A DNA stretch of 64,000 bases from the human T2T-CHM13v2.0 reference genome, Homo sapiens (GCF_009914755.1 NC_060930.1), one strand, 5' to 3'. Counted from the stretch's first letter, positions 26,880 through 42,499 are shown. Notes: generated by a model not told the origin, from the letters alone. Program-made: numbers and translations.

Positions 26880-27200
26880 ACTATACACATTACAAAGCAA
26901 CTGATCAGAAATTGTGTAGGATGAGATAAAACACTTCTTTGGAAATCTTGGGCATATAGATTTGAAGTCACATAATGGGAGAATTTTAGTAGGCACAGAT
27001 TTTAAAGCCTGAGTGAAAAACTGGATGCCCAAGAGGAAAATTGATAGGAAGCAGTAAGAACAGTAGAACCAGTGAGCCAACAGTTTCAAATGCTCTGGAA
27101 AGTCAAGTAAAATAGGAGCAGAGAAGTGTTTTATCAACAAAGCAGTGTTATGGTGTTTGGTGATTTTAATTCCAGTTATTGTAGTTTCAAGTTGTAAAAC
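26880..27200 (-). mobile_element. Possible L2 fragment
   Basis: caacagtttcaaatgctctggaaagtcaagtaaaataggagcagagaagtg resembles L2 sequence. Confidence 0.45.
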
Positions 27201-27419
27201 AAAGATTTCATACTTCTTTAACAGTTTACAGTCTATTGTTGACATTTTAAATTTTCTTTTTTTTATCATGCTTACTTAATTATAGTTACTCTAAAGTCTG
27301 AATAGGGTGATTGAATTATCTGGATTCTATCCATGTCTATTCCCATCGTCTATTTTTCCGTTAGGTAGTTTTGGCTTATTTCATCTCTGGTTACTTTTGT
27401 GGTTCATCTTTTTAAATGT

Positions 27420-29790
27420 TTGTGTTTTGAAATAATTTTTGATAAATAGAATAATTCCAAATTTAGTACAGAGAAATCCTATACACTTTTCATCCAGCTT
27501 TCTCAAATGTTAATAGCTTACATAAACACAGTACATTTATCAAAACTAAAAAGTAAGCATTGGTAAATACTGTTAATTAATTATGCATATTTTGCAGAAT
27601 TCTCCAGTCTTTCCATTGACTTCTTCCACAAAATACATTCCGTAAAATCACATTGAATTCAGTTGTGATATCTATTCGGCTTTCTCCTATCTGTGAGAGT
27701 TTCTCATTCTGCTTTTACTTCGATAATTTTGAAGAATAGTGGTCCAATTTTGTAGAATGCCTCTCATTTGAGTTTGTCTGATGTTTTCTTATGATTAGAA
27801 TAATAACACAAAGGCGATATGCCCTTCTCATCACATCATATCAGAGGACACATTTCAACAAGACTTTTCACTAGTGATGTTAAACTTCATAGGTTAAGAT
27901 GTGGTGTCATCCAGATTTTTCTACTCTAAAGTTACTATTTTTCACTTTTACCACTGTATTGTTAGAACAATTCACTAAGTCCAGCCAACATTTAAAAAGA
28001 AGAAAGTTATGGTTCAACTTTAGTGGGATTAATAAATTTTTAAATACATGATAAACTACCACAGCAATTAATAGATTTTGAGAAAGGTTATTCAGAGATA
28101 TGCAAATATTGTGTTTCTCCTTAATATTAGGCTTCCATTTTATTATGTATAAATAGATGTTACTTGCAGTAATCATTACTGTGGTATACTAATGGTGATT
28201 TTCTATGACTTCATTCTTTCAACAATTTTTGTTTGGAATTTTTCTGTAATGAAGATTTAAACTTTTTTTCATTTTCTTTATTCAATCATATATCTATATT
28301 AATTTGAATTCATATTCACGAATATATGGATATTTATTTTATTCTTTGAGATATAATAAAAATTATGGCTATTTATTTTATTGTTCTAATAGTTTTGGCT
28401 TTGGCCATTAGTAGTTCTTAGAGGTTGGATCCTTTGTTCTTTTGACATGCCATAAGTCCTTTTACGTTTATTTTTCTGTTTGATAACCTCCTTACTTTAT
28501 TACACTGCAAAATGTTCCTGGCCCATCTTGGCTGTTCCTTTTCCTGTTATTTGAATCAGTAATTTCTTCAAGGAATCTTGGTACTTTTTATTAGAGAATA
28601 GCATTGAGAAACCAAGATCTGAGACCTAGGATTATTTCTCCTGAGTAGGATGTCACTGCTTGTTTTTGGTTCTTAAGGCAAAGAACTAGTAAATATATAT
28701 ATACAAACATACACTTACATACAAATATCCATATTTATTTCAACATTTGTCTATTATATATCTATTAAAATGAAATTAGTTTATTCTAATATTTTGAGAA
28801 TTCTCGCATATATTTCATGAAGTTTATTGGTCTGTAGTTTTTTTCTAGTGCATTTATTTGCTTTTTATGCTAGGGTAACTTCTACTCTGTATCCTAGAAG
28901 ATACTGTTAAAAATTTTATTATTTATTTCTTATTTAGAAGAATTTGGCAGTGCAGTCATTTGGGACTAGAATTATTATTTTTTATTTTCTCAAGCAAAAA
29001 ATTCAATTTCTTTAATAGATTCAAAAGTAGTCAGGTTATTTACTTCTTCAGTGAATGCTGGTACTTTGCATTTATAGAGGAATTGGTTTATTGTAGCTAA
29101 ATTGTCAAGTTCATGTGTATCGAATTGTTGCTAGTATTTCTTTATCATTTTTTTAATGTCTATGAGATCAGTAGTGATATAACTTCTTTCATCCCGATGT
29201 TCGCATTTTTGTCTTATTCCTTTCTTTTTCTTTGGATTACTTTGACTAAATGTTATGAATGACAATGTTCTTTTCAAAGATCCAGATGTTGCTTTTAATG
29301 ATTTACTGTATTGTTTTTGGTTTTATTTTTATTGATTTCTGTGCTAACTGCTCTTATTTTCCTCCTGCTTTCTTTGGGTTTAATTTGCTTTTCCTTCAGA
29401 TTTGTTATATTTTTCTAACATAAGTATTTTCATGCAGTAAATTTCACTCAAATCTCTGCTTCAGTTGCATATCAGAAACTTGATATTGGGTTTTCATTTA
29501 TATTTGGTTAAAATAATTTTAATTTAATTTGAATCTTCCCACTTGGTCCGTGGACTACTTAAAAGTGTATTGTTTAATTTTCTATTATTTGGGAATTTCT
29601 ATCTATGCTTCTGTTACTGATTTATAGTTAATAAAACTATGGTCTAAGAACATTCTTTGCACTATTTATATATTTTAAAACTTGTTCAGGTTATTTTATG
29701 GCCTACACTATGGTCTATCTTGGTAATTTTATATAGTCATGAAAAGAATGTGCAGTTTACTGTTTTTCATTGGAATATTCTCTGATTATT
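27420..29790 (-). mobile_element. L1MC-like 3' end (about 27420-28790) followed by old L1 ORF2 (about 28790-29790)
   Basis: ttttgaaataattt...cagtacatttatcaaaactaa (L1MC 3' end); tggtctaagaa...tatggtctatcttggt...gaaaagaatgtg (ORF2 antisense). Confidence 0.75.
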
Positions 29791-29940
29791 TTTGTTTGAA
29801 TATTCAGACTAATAGTATAAAAATTACCTATATAATTTGATGCCTGAAAATGATATAATATTCTCCAGAGAGGCATTATATTTGTTTCTGGCTGGCATTG
29901 AATAGTAGCTAATCCTGGACCCCTAGACCTGGACTAGAAT

Positions 29941-30205
29941 CAAAGGGTACTTAACCTGAGGTTTATACATACGATTTGGAAAATGCCTGAACATGAATAG
30001 AAAAAAAAAAGACATTTTTTTTCACTTATATCTAACAAAATTTAGCACTTTTAAAATTATGGTTGCCTTCTCCAAATCACCGTGGTATTATCCATAACTA
30101 ACTGCTTTGTCGCCAATAGAAATAGCAGATATTTTAATATCACAATACATATGTTGCAGATATCTGAACATATTGTTTATATTCATTACTACTTTGAAAT
30201 TCATT
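29941..30205. mobile_element. hAT-Charlie-type DNA transposon relic (MER113-like)
   Basis: Starts caaagggtacttaacctgagg; internal ttgtcgccaatagaaatagcagatattttaatatcac...gttgcagatatct. Only one end was recognised. Confidence 0.5.
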
Positions 30206-30687
30206 AATAAAGAAGTATGCAAATTTTTTGTATTTTTCTTTCTTTGAGGTAAACAGCCTCAAAACCAGTCTCCTGATATCTGGCCTAGCTATCCTTTTCA
30301 ACATTTTAATCTCTGTACTACTGTCACAGTAAATTATAAGACATTAAATGAATAATGGGATTCTTTTACTTAAAATAATTCCATATTTCCCAAGTGATTT
30401 ATTATTTACTTCGAATTTCTCAGCAGACAACAAAAGAGCCTATTGAAGTAAATTAAAGAAAAAAAAAACTTTTTAGTTTTTATGTTAAAATGTTTTCCAA
30501 CACTGTGTCTGTGTTTTCTTTCCCAAAGCAACCACAGGGTTACAAATCTCTCAGTCTGGAACACTCTCCCTAACCTTTTCCTACTAATGCTATTACATTT
30601 ATATAATTCTATTAGCTTATTCAAATATCAATTAATTTTGAAAGTACTTCCACAGTGTGATTTTTCTACCCCATCCATCTGTGCTCC

Positions 30688-32359
<1,672 letters not shown>

Positions 32360-33110
32360 CTCCTATATATACTTCTTAAAGTTTCCATATCACACTGTAT
32401 TGAAATTAATACTCTATCTGTCTTGCTTTATAAAATAATAACAACCTATACTCTTTTCATTTTCCTTTTATTGAAGTTACCCTATTTAATCAATATGTAT
32501 TAGATCTTTGATATATATTTGTTGAATGAGTAAATGAATGACCATCAGAACCTCAAGGAACAGTAGATATTGAGCGGAGGTGGAGCGTTGAAAAAGATAA
32601 CCAATATGAAAAATGTTGGGGAAAAAATGTATGTTAGTTGTGTATTAGTGAGCAGACTAAATCAACTGGAACAAAAATTATTTTTTTAATAACCTAAGAG
32701 ATGTCATAAAGGTAAATATAGATATCAGATATATGAAGTACCATATAAAAATATATGTATTTTTTTACTTGGTGAATGGAAAGCTAGTAAATATTTCCGA
32801 GAAAATATGAAACAATGAAATACAAAGCGTTTTTAAAAGTAAATTTGGTAGCAGTTTACTAAATAAATTATAATTTAGGAGGCTATTTAAATTACACCAG
32901 TTATTTACAATAGTGAATTGCCAACTGTAGATGAATAAAGTCTAATAAAAATGTGAAGAGAGGGATATTTGTTAGAGATATAATGTAATTAATTTCAATT
33001 TTATTAATTCAAGTTTTCTATTTTCTTCTTTTTATTTTCATTGTCAATGAAATTTGAACATAGAAAAGTTGTGTACTGCTCAAGAATTACGATGAGATTT
33101 ATTAGATAAT

Positions 33111-33660
33111 TGCATTAATTTACTGAAGTTGCTGGGATAAATTACAGTAAATTTAGTGGCTTAACATAACACAAATTTATCTTATGGTTCTGTGGATCAG
33201 ATGTCTGACATGGATCTCACTGGACTAGTATTAAGATGTCCGCATTCCTTTCTGAAAGGAGGCTTTAGGATCTGTTTCCTTGTCTTTTTCTGGTTCTAGA
33301 GGCCTCCCGTTTTTTTTCGTTGCTTGCCCTCTTCCTTCCATCTTCAAAGTCAGCAATATCAGGACACATCCTTCCCATGCAGCCATGGCTCTCCCTCTTG
33401 ATTCCCTCTTCTACTTTTAAGTTTCCTTGTAATTATATGGGCCCACCTGGATAATTAAGGATAATCTATGTACCTTAACATCAGTTGATTAGCAAATTTA
33501 ATTCCATCTGTGACTTTAATTTCCCTTTGCCATCTAACCTAACATATTCAAGATTCTGGGCATTAAAAGGGTAAGATCTTTTCCTCAGAAATTTTTTCAG
33601 TCTAAACGGAGGAATAGATGCATAAACATCTTTGAGGGGAAGAATTATTCTGCCTACTGA
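33111..33660 (-). mobile_element. MLT1D-like MaLR LTR carrying a roughly 55-bp non-LTR insert
   Basis: tttagtggcttaacataacacaaatttat...gggcccacctggataat...tgattagcaaatttaattccatctg...ttattctgcctac. Confidence 0.85.
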
Positions 33661-34649
33661 AATATTAATAAATGATTCAGGCATTTGTCTTTTTCATGTA
33701 CTAAATGCAAGAATAAAAGCTGGAAATATATCTGAAGAGTATACTTTGATGTGGCAACAGCATATGGATGAAAGATTATATTATACTTATAAAATCATAC
33801 AATATTGACTAATTTTTAAGTACTAAAAACAGTTTTTTTCCACTTAGAAAAACTATTCAAAATAAAAGTTTTACTTTTAATTTTTAAACTTAGTAATATA
33901 TCCGTATTTCTTTTATACTTATCTTTATACGTAAGCCGGTAAAGTGACTATTTTCAATATAATAACTACAATAAGATCTGCATTTTCAGATACCATCTAC
34001 AAGTAGTATTTTCATCATGTATTATTCTAAACAATCTGGAAAAAGTATCCAAAAGTATATGCACCATTTAAAATTATTGATTAGATGTACTTAATGTTAT
34101 TGTCTATGTTTCATCTGAGTACATTTTGGAGCCTGTAAAAGAATTCTGAGATTGATTGAACATTCAATATATCTATTCCTTTATTATAATCTATTACTAA
34201 TGAATTTTTATCAATCTCTAACAATAACAATGCTAACAAAATTTTTGGGGGACAATCGTAGGGAGTTATTGAAGTGAGGAAATTTTTAAATTAATTTGTC
34301 TATTTCAACCTTCCAGTTTTAACAATCTAGTTTGTGGTTTTTCAAAGGTTACTAAATCCAAATGGGAAAGTCTTATTAATTTAACTACAATCCACTGAGG
34401 CATCTTACTTTCATCTGATGCATTAATATCAAATGTTAATATTATTTCTATGTTATTATGTCAGGCTGAATTACATTATTATGTCCAGATACAAGTATGT
34501 ATATTTTGGGGAGGTTAAATTATACAGTGTTATAAATTTTTGTGAAATGAGATACATATAACTCTGAATCTCCTTTAAGATGTATATTACTGAGCTGTTG
34601 CTATGTATAAATATAGTTTTTGAGATTCTTTATTGAATAATCTGGAATT

Positions 34650-35050
34650 GATAAGTAACCTGTAATTGATGTCAACTGTAATCTCAGTGGCTTTCAAAGC
34701 AAAGGTTTATTTTTCTCTATCATTACATGTAAACTGCAAGTTTGCTGTGCTTCTGCACTATGTCTTTTCAATGGGATTAACGGTATTGGGGACATGCTCT
34801 CTTTATAGCATATGGAAAAATTTAACTAAATTACTAAAATATATAATCACTATTAAAGGTTCTCTTCAGAATTGCCATATATTACTTCCACTCAGATTTT
34901 CTTACCCCAAACAAATTTATGTGGCCAAGTCTAACAACAGAAAAGAGAATTGTACTCCTCCCACAAGAAAGCCCTATGATGGCAATGGTCAGGGATGTGC
35001 AGTCTTCTTACAGGGACTCAGCATGTAAATAATAAATAATTAAGATACAA
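34650..35050 (-). mobile_element. Old MLT1 (J/K/L-like) LTR
   Basis: aatctcagtggctttcaaagcaaaggtttattttt...atgtggccaagtctaac...tactcctcccaca. Confidence 0.55.
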
Positions 35051-35460
35051 AACAGCACAGGTGTCTTTCTAGCGCCCAAATATTTTCTTTCTACCTATCA
35101 GCAAGAAAAATGTACACTCCATAAAGAATGCATTCCAAAATTCCCACCCAAGTAATGTTACACCTGTGTGAGATGTTTTGCTAGCCTCAGAGACGAATAG
35201 TATGTTTAATGTATAAAAAGCATTTGATATTATCTAGTCAATCCCATTTGTTTTACAGATTAAAAATCAGAGGTCTGTAATGTCCGAAAGTTAGTGAATA
35301 GTATTAGAAAATAGGTCCCTATCCTCCTAGTTTATTTTTCTTCTTTCACATTAAACTAGGCAATATTGGGAACAGAAAAATTCTTAATGTCAGATCTTTA
35401 CCCTCAGAACGCTTTTCAGCCTAAACAGACAGGAATAGGCATATACGAATAGATTTTATG

Positions 35461-35775
35461 GTCAGTGTGGTGGCTCATGCCTGTAATCCCAGCATTTTGG
35501 GAGGTTGAGGCAGGTGGATCACTTGAGATCAGGAGTTTGAGAACAGCCTGGCCAACATGGTAAAACCCTGTCTCTACTAAAAATACAAAAATTAGCCTGA
35601 CATGGTGGCCAATGCCTGTAATCCCAGGTACTCGGATGCTGAGGCTTAAGAATCACTTGAACCCAGGAGGTGGAAGTTGCCGTGAGCCAAGATCACGCTA
35701 CTGCACTCCAGCCTGGACGACAGAGTCATACTCTGTCTCAAAACAAAAACAAAAACAAACAAACAAACAAAAACA
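35461..35775 (+). mobile_element. Full-length AluS (Sx/Sz-like)
   Basis: Complete dimer with a (CAAA)n tail. TSD gaatagattttat (35447-35459 / 35785-35797). Confidence 0.95.
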
Positions 35776-38700
35776 CATTTAGATGAATAGATTTTATATG
35801 AACATTAAAACAATTTAACATTCCACAAGAAAATAGAAATGACATTTATGGGAGCCTTTGACAGTAAGGAATCAGCTTTATGTATTTCCAATTAATTCAA
35901 CTACATAAGCTTGGTAGACCTGGAAAGAAATGGTTAAACAGCTGCCTGGTAAGTCTTTTCTCTGACAACAAGGGTATTTGAGAATTTGACCCTTAGTTTA
36001 AATCTTACAAAACGTATTTAAGTGATATATAGGAATATACCAGATACAAAATAAAGACCATCCTGTTGAGTTTGCCATGTAGCCATCTGGTTGTTGAGAT
36101 TGTTTATTAACCACCAGAAATTAATGAATAATGAACAATTGATGGGATGGCCCTTCACTAGCGAGTGGGGGCTAGTCATGTACTTCTGATGGGACTATCT
36201 AATCAGAGGGTATGAAGCTTGAAGGGATGTCAAAAATGATTATTTCTTAAGCTGAGATGTTCCGCATCCACTTGGCTCCAATTATCTTGATCACTTGTGT
36301 TTCATAGCTGAGTCATGAGGACGTTCAGAAGCTTCTCTGAAAGTCATGAGACCTCCGCTCTTCTGTTGATTGTGCTGTATTCGTTGTCCTCTATTATTAA
36401 AGCTACATAAACTTGGTGCTGAGTAAAGCCTATTGTGTTTCAGAAGTGTGATCATCTTTTCAAGCCCACAGCTATTACTGCTGGTAGAGAATAGTAGATA
36501 TTTCAGCATATATTTTGAAGGCAACTTTATGTGTATTTCTGGCTTTTTCCTTCAAATATATCTGTTTGAGGTATTCACTGGATAACAGAAATCATTAAAG
36601 TCACACAGGAAGTTTAAAATTATGCAACATTTAGTTCACATTTCAGCTAATTTACTTACCAGATAAATTAGAGAAGTCACTTAGCCTAGTTACTCAATGA
36701 ATTAATTTTTAAAATATTATTTTTATAGTTCTTAGTGAATTGAGATTATATATTTTATTTTCCTGGTACGTGCAGATGCTCCTCAATGGTATCTGTTATA
36801 AATTGGCTTCAATTATCTGTAATTTTAAAACAAAACTATGTTCACATCTCTGTATAAATATTTTTTCTATTTTGCATTTCATGGACTGGGTTTGGGCTAA
36901 TCTAAGTAATCACTTAGAGTGGACAAAGCCCTAGGTAGTATGTAATTAATGTACCTCATATTGAGGAAAACTGACTCAAAAACAAATAAAATATATTTTC
37001 ATGAAAACATATTATATCTTTAGAAAAATATATAATTAACTTTAAAGAATTTACATATCTAAATAGTATTATGCAATAACTTTGTAAAACCTTCATTATT
37101 CAGATATGTGTATCCCTTAAATTAATTCTTACTGTGAACAGCTTTGTTACTTTTGTTATGTTAGTAAATGTGATTATTTATTTCATAAAATGGAAAATGT
37201 ATTACAATTATCTCAGGATTATTTTTACTTTTGCATATTCCCTCACATAATTATGACTAAAGATTTAACATTATTTAGAATGAACATTTTATTATGGTTG
37301 CTGCAGGCTTAAAGTAATCCTATCACAAAAAAAAGAAGACATAATTCTTTGTAGATTTGGCCTTGGAGGGAGGTTGAGAATTAATATACAACATCTGTGA
37401 GGCACTCTGCGCTCTTTGAAGTAAGAGTTGTAGTATAATGTAATATCACAGAAATCTAAGCGATTATGAAAGAGCAATGTATTAAAGACAGTTTATCCTT
37501 CAAGAGATTAATCGTTGACAGAGCCACAGGCAACATCTAAGATGCTGGCACCACTGTCAATTATGCTCCTGAACAGACAGATGTAATAGCTACGCAACTA
37601 CTTGCTATATGCTACTTTTTACACTTTATGACTCTGATGCTGGTAGAGAAAAAGAGAAAAAAAATGGTACAAATAAATCAGAAACATACATGCCACCTTC
37701 TTTAGTCTTTTAAATCTCTTGTTCATTTTAGACATTTCGCAAACTAGAAAAGATGTAACCAGACACTTTAAATTCAAAAATTGTATGATGGCTTAAGGTT
37801 ACAGAATATTTTCTGAACCCCTATACTTTACACATGAATTCTTCCATAAATAATTTTTATCTCAGAAAAGAGCCTCAATATAAAGCTCCAATATAAATAA
37901 AACAGAGAAATTATCTTCCACTTTAAAAGTTTATTATAAAATTTTATATTAGTGTACCTGGTTTGACATTGAAACAAATGCTTATATTTTAAGAACTTTA
38001 TTATATATACAGTTGTAACTGATATTAGAATTTATAGTATATAATAAAAGGCAATACACATAGAAGGTAGCATTTTTAATATATATTTTATCTAAAATTT
38101 ACTGTAAGTACTTGATTATTAAAACATTTTTCCTCTTTGTGATGCAAAGATAGTGTCAATTCTGTAATTTTTGTTTTGCTAGTACTCTAATATGTTATTT
38201 AAAGATGTTGTAATGAGTAAAAGAACAAATTTACACATAAAGGGTAAACTTTAAAAATCATAAATATTCAAAAATATCTCTATCAGCACAAAATTAAATG
38301 CCAATTAGTATACAGATTATAATACAAATATATTGGTAATTTAATATAAATAAATAAATAATAAAAAGATGATGGTATTTGGAGGCCAGAATGTCTTACT
38401 CTACATCAACATGATTTATTACCATAACATTATTCAATAAAATAAGTCATCTACTATGTATAAGGCTTTAAAGCTTTATATAGTTGCTTTAAGTAACAAA
38501 AAAAATTTATTATATAATCCCTACTTTTTCTATGTTAAAGCTGCTTGAAGAAATGATATGGATTCCTAAAACTTTAATAACAGAAATATGTATACTTTGC
38601 ATACACATTTGTGTAATTTTATGAATATTTATCAGTTTTTAAATTTTCATAAGAGCCTTATATATAGTTAAGATTATCCTGCTTTACTGAACACTGAAAT

Positions 38701-38849
38701 TTGGATCTATTTGTTAGGGCAATTTTACCTACTGAAATACATACAACTTAGAGCCTTAAAGTGTTAATTTAAAGGATGTTCATTTTTTGCTTATGCTGTT
38801 TTGATAGCAGCTTGGAGGATGGGATATGAGAGGATGTTTTCTGGTTCAC

Positions 38850-39140
38850 AACGACATTTCAGAATGCAGTTTTACAGAGTCTCTGCTGCTTTCAATATGT
38901 GGCTTCTGGATTTATCCTGTAAGTTAACATCTAACCAGCAGATAGGATAAAGAAGGTAATGGAGGACAATTCATGGGAAGATTCTATTAGCCAGAACTGG
39001 AAGAGGTGTACATTACTATTGCACATATTTCTTTGGTCAAAACTTAGTCACATAAATGTAATTAACTACAAAAGATGCTAGAACATATGTAGTCTAACTT
39101 TATGCCAAGAAGTAAGCAAAATAAATTTTTGAAGCCAAAT
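38850..39140 (-). mobile_element. Old MLT1K-like LTR fragment
   Basis: ctattgcacatatttctttggtcaaaacttagtcacat...aactacaaaagatgctagaa...tgtagtcta. Confidence 0.55.
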
Positions 39141-39909
39141 ATCCTACATTGCAGAAATAGTGACTCACTCAATGACATATAGTTAATAGAGACATTCAGA
39201 ACCCGTAACTGTCTTCTGATCCAGTGAAAAGTGCTGCATCCACATCTTAATAATTTGTTATTTGGTCATTTTAGTGCTTTCTAACTCATAAAAATTCACT
39301 TTCATTATTCTGTTTGAACCATACAACCATTCCATGTGAAAGTGATATTCTCATAGAAATTTTTATTGTAAAGTATTACTAACACAAATTGTACAGGCAC
39401 ACAGGATTGGGCATAAAGCCTTGTTCTATCATTTTCCAGCTGTTAATTTTATGGAGATTAGACTTTATCAGTTACTATTTTCTTAGAGGCTAAAACACTA
39501 CCAGCATATGCATAAAAATTCAACATAACAAAACATATGCAAAGTATATAGACAAATAGATGCGGAGAAGGTAATTAAAACTCTAGAAATAGACCTGTAT
39601 TTATATGGCTTACAACAAAAGTTCTACTGAAATTTGAAGGAGAAATAATATCTCTTTAAGGCTAATGCCAATGGCTTGTCACTGCTCTGCCTATAAGGCA
39701 GCCACTTCTATTCCTTCACTTTTTTTAAAGGATATTTCTTTCAGTAAATAGAGCATTCAAAGATTTTTTTATAGATGAAATTTTATTTGCTTGCAAAGCT
39801 ACACAAAAATATAATTGGAGACAGGTTATTGGCCTTAATAAAAACATAAATCATAATAATTCTAGGATTTAAACATTTGAAATATCTTCATGGCCTTCCT
39901 TGAAGTAGG

Positions 39910-40822
39910 CTCTCTCTCTCTCTCTCTGTGTATGTGTGTATATGTATATATATGTATATATACACACACATACATATACACTATATATATACACATATAC
40001 ATATACACTATATATATACACTATATATATACTCTCTATGTATAATATATATATTATCTCTATATATAGAGTATATTATATATATACTCTCTCTATATAT
40101 AGAGTATATTATATATATACTCTCTATATATATAGAGTATATTATATACTCTATATATACTCTGTATATACATAATATATAATTACATACATTATGTATA
40201 CACTCTATATACATAATATATATAATTATATATATTATATATACACTCTATATATACTCTCTATATATTATATATACTCTCTATATAGAGTATATTATAT
40301 ATAGTATATTTTAGTATAGTATATAATATATGAGTATATTATATATAATATATAATAGAGTATATTTTATAATATATAATAGAGTTTATTATATAATATA
40401 CAATAGAGTATATTATATAATATACAATAGAGTATATTATATAATATACAATAGAGTATATTATATAATATACAATAGAGTATATTATATAATATACAAT
40501 AGAGTATATTATATATGATATATAATAGAGTATATTATATATGATGTATAATAGAGTATATTATATATGATGTATAATAGAGTATATTATATATGATGTA
40601 TAATAGAGTATATTATATATGATGTATAATAGAGTATATTATATATGATGTATAATAGAGTATATTATATATGATGTATAATAGAGTATATTATATATGA
40701 TGTATAATAGAGTATATTATATATGATGTATAATAGAGTATATTATATATGATGTATAATAGAGTATATTATATATATGATGTATAATAGAGTATATTAT
40801 ATATATGTATACTCTCTATATA

Positions 40823-40872
<50 letters not shown>
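39910..40872. repeat. AT-rich compound micro/minisatellite: (TC)n, (TA)n, 24-bp and 26-bp units, (GA)n
   Basis: 24-bp unit agagtatattatataatatacaat (about 40357-40500) and 26-bp unit agagtatattatatatgatgtataat (about 40501-40800). Confidence 0.97.
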
Positions 40873-40876
<4 letters not shown>

Positions 40877-41152
40877 TCTTGCTCTGTCATCTATGCTAAA
40901 ATGGTGCAATCATGGCTTATTGCAGCCTTGACCTCTTGGACTCAGGCTATCCTTCCACCTCAGCATCATTAGTAGCCAGAACTACAGGCATGTGCTACCA
41001 TGCCTGTCTAATTTTTATTATTACTTTTTTTAAGATGAGGTCTCAGTATGTTGCTCAGGCTGGTTTTCAACTCCTGAACTCAAGCAATCATCCTGCCTTG
41101 GGCTCCCAAAGTACAGTGCTGAGATTACAGGCATGAAACACTGCGCCTGGTC
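40866..41152 (-). mobile_element. AluJ (Jo/Jr-like)
   Basis: gcaatcatggcttattgcagccttgacctcttggactcagg...ctcaagcaatcatcctgccttg; CpG-depleted. Confidence 0.9.
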
Positions 41153-42499
41153 AAAATATCCTAAATAGAATACAAAACACTAGATATAAAAGAAACATAT
41201 TGTGGACCTTATTATAATTAAAACTTTTCTCCTAAAAGATACAATTATGAAGAAGCAAAACAAGCCACATACTAGCATACAACATGAGCAAAGGATATAT
41301 TTAACATGGAATGTATACCTCAAATATATAAAGAGCTCCTAAAAATAAATATGCAGAAGAATTAAAACACAGAAACAGGGGACAAATTTATATAGATATG
41401 CCACATAAGAAGATTTTCAAGTGGTCAGTAAGAATCCTGACCTCCTCAGCAACATACTCATTTTAAAAATGCAGATTATAGCCTCAAAAATATGCTTATT
41501 TACATTCACTAGGATGGATAAAATTGAAAGTGTGTACTGAAAACTTCAAGTATTAATTAGGGTGTGGAGGAACTGCAACACCCATGTATTGGTGCAACTA
41601 TTTTGAAAAACTGTTCAACAGTTTACAAACGGTAAACATATGTTTGTTAGTTCATCTCTAACAATGACTTCTTAATGTACTGTGACTCCTACTATTCAGA
41701 CCTTTGTGTTAATTGTAGTTGAATTTGGCCTGCCCTTTGTTGCTGGCTGAAACAATTGAATGAAGCAGTTGCGATTTTTTTGAAACTTCTAAGGCTATGT
41801 CATCTGAAGCCTTGCAACTTCCTCCTTGATATTTGGAAAGCTTACTTTTGGGAACTCCCTCCTGGATCTCAGTGTTCATATCAGTGACAGTCAGGATTCA
41901 GTATAAGTCACGTGATTAAGTTATTTTTAATATCTAGGTCCATTGAGTATTTAAATGATTCTAGACACAGTTAAACAGAAGCAGCAATAATTGAAAAACA
42001 CACTTAAGCTACTAATATTATTTCTAAATACTTAAGAAATGTTATGTATATCCATCAAATCACATGTACAAGAATATTAATAACAATAATACTCATAATA
42101 TTTTAAAATGGAAAAAAATTAAATGTCATTAATAAGAGAACAGATAAAGCAAAAAATACATAACTATAATGACAGGGATAAAGCTACAGACATTCTTTTC
42201 CAGCAAAACAAGTCATACCCAAAGAATACATGTGGTATGATTTTACATTACAGTATGATATACATTTTATATGAAGATCAGGTAAAATTATTTATTAGTG
42301 TCTGAAGTCAGAATAGTGAATACACTTAGTGCTTGGAGATCAGGATTGATCTCCAAAATGAGAAAAAGTATATCACAAGAACATTGTGAGCATTAAAGTA
42401 AGTTGTGCATGTAAAGCATATATATTTGCTTGGTATAAAAAGTAATATTTACTGCTTTTGGGTCCTACCTTTTTCATTTACAAATAACGACACTAAACT

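Larger units (their letters stand above)
39480..42330 (+). mobile_element. Fragmented L1ME-like ORF2 3' end and 3' UTR, interrupted by a minisatellite, AluJ and an MLT1 fragment (about 41650-41900)
   Basis: tagacaaatagat...ctagaaatagacc; acaagccaca; ggtgcaactattttgaaaaactg; cacatgtacaagaatatt. Confidence 0.55.

Noticed and set aside
26772-27269. 165-aa minus-strand ORF
   Set aside because: Low-complexity product rich in F, L and I from AT-rich DNA that overlaps a probable L2 relic. No recognisable domain or exon structure.
39928-40518. Y/I-rich repetitive ORFs such as (YNRVYYII)n
   Set aside because: Translations of the AT-rich minisatellite.
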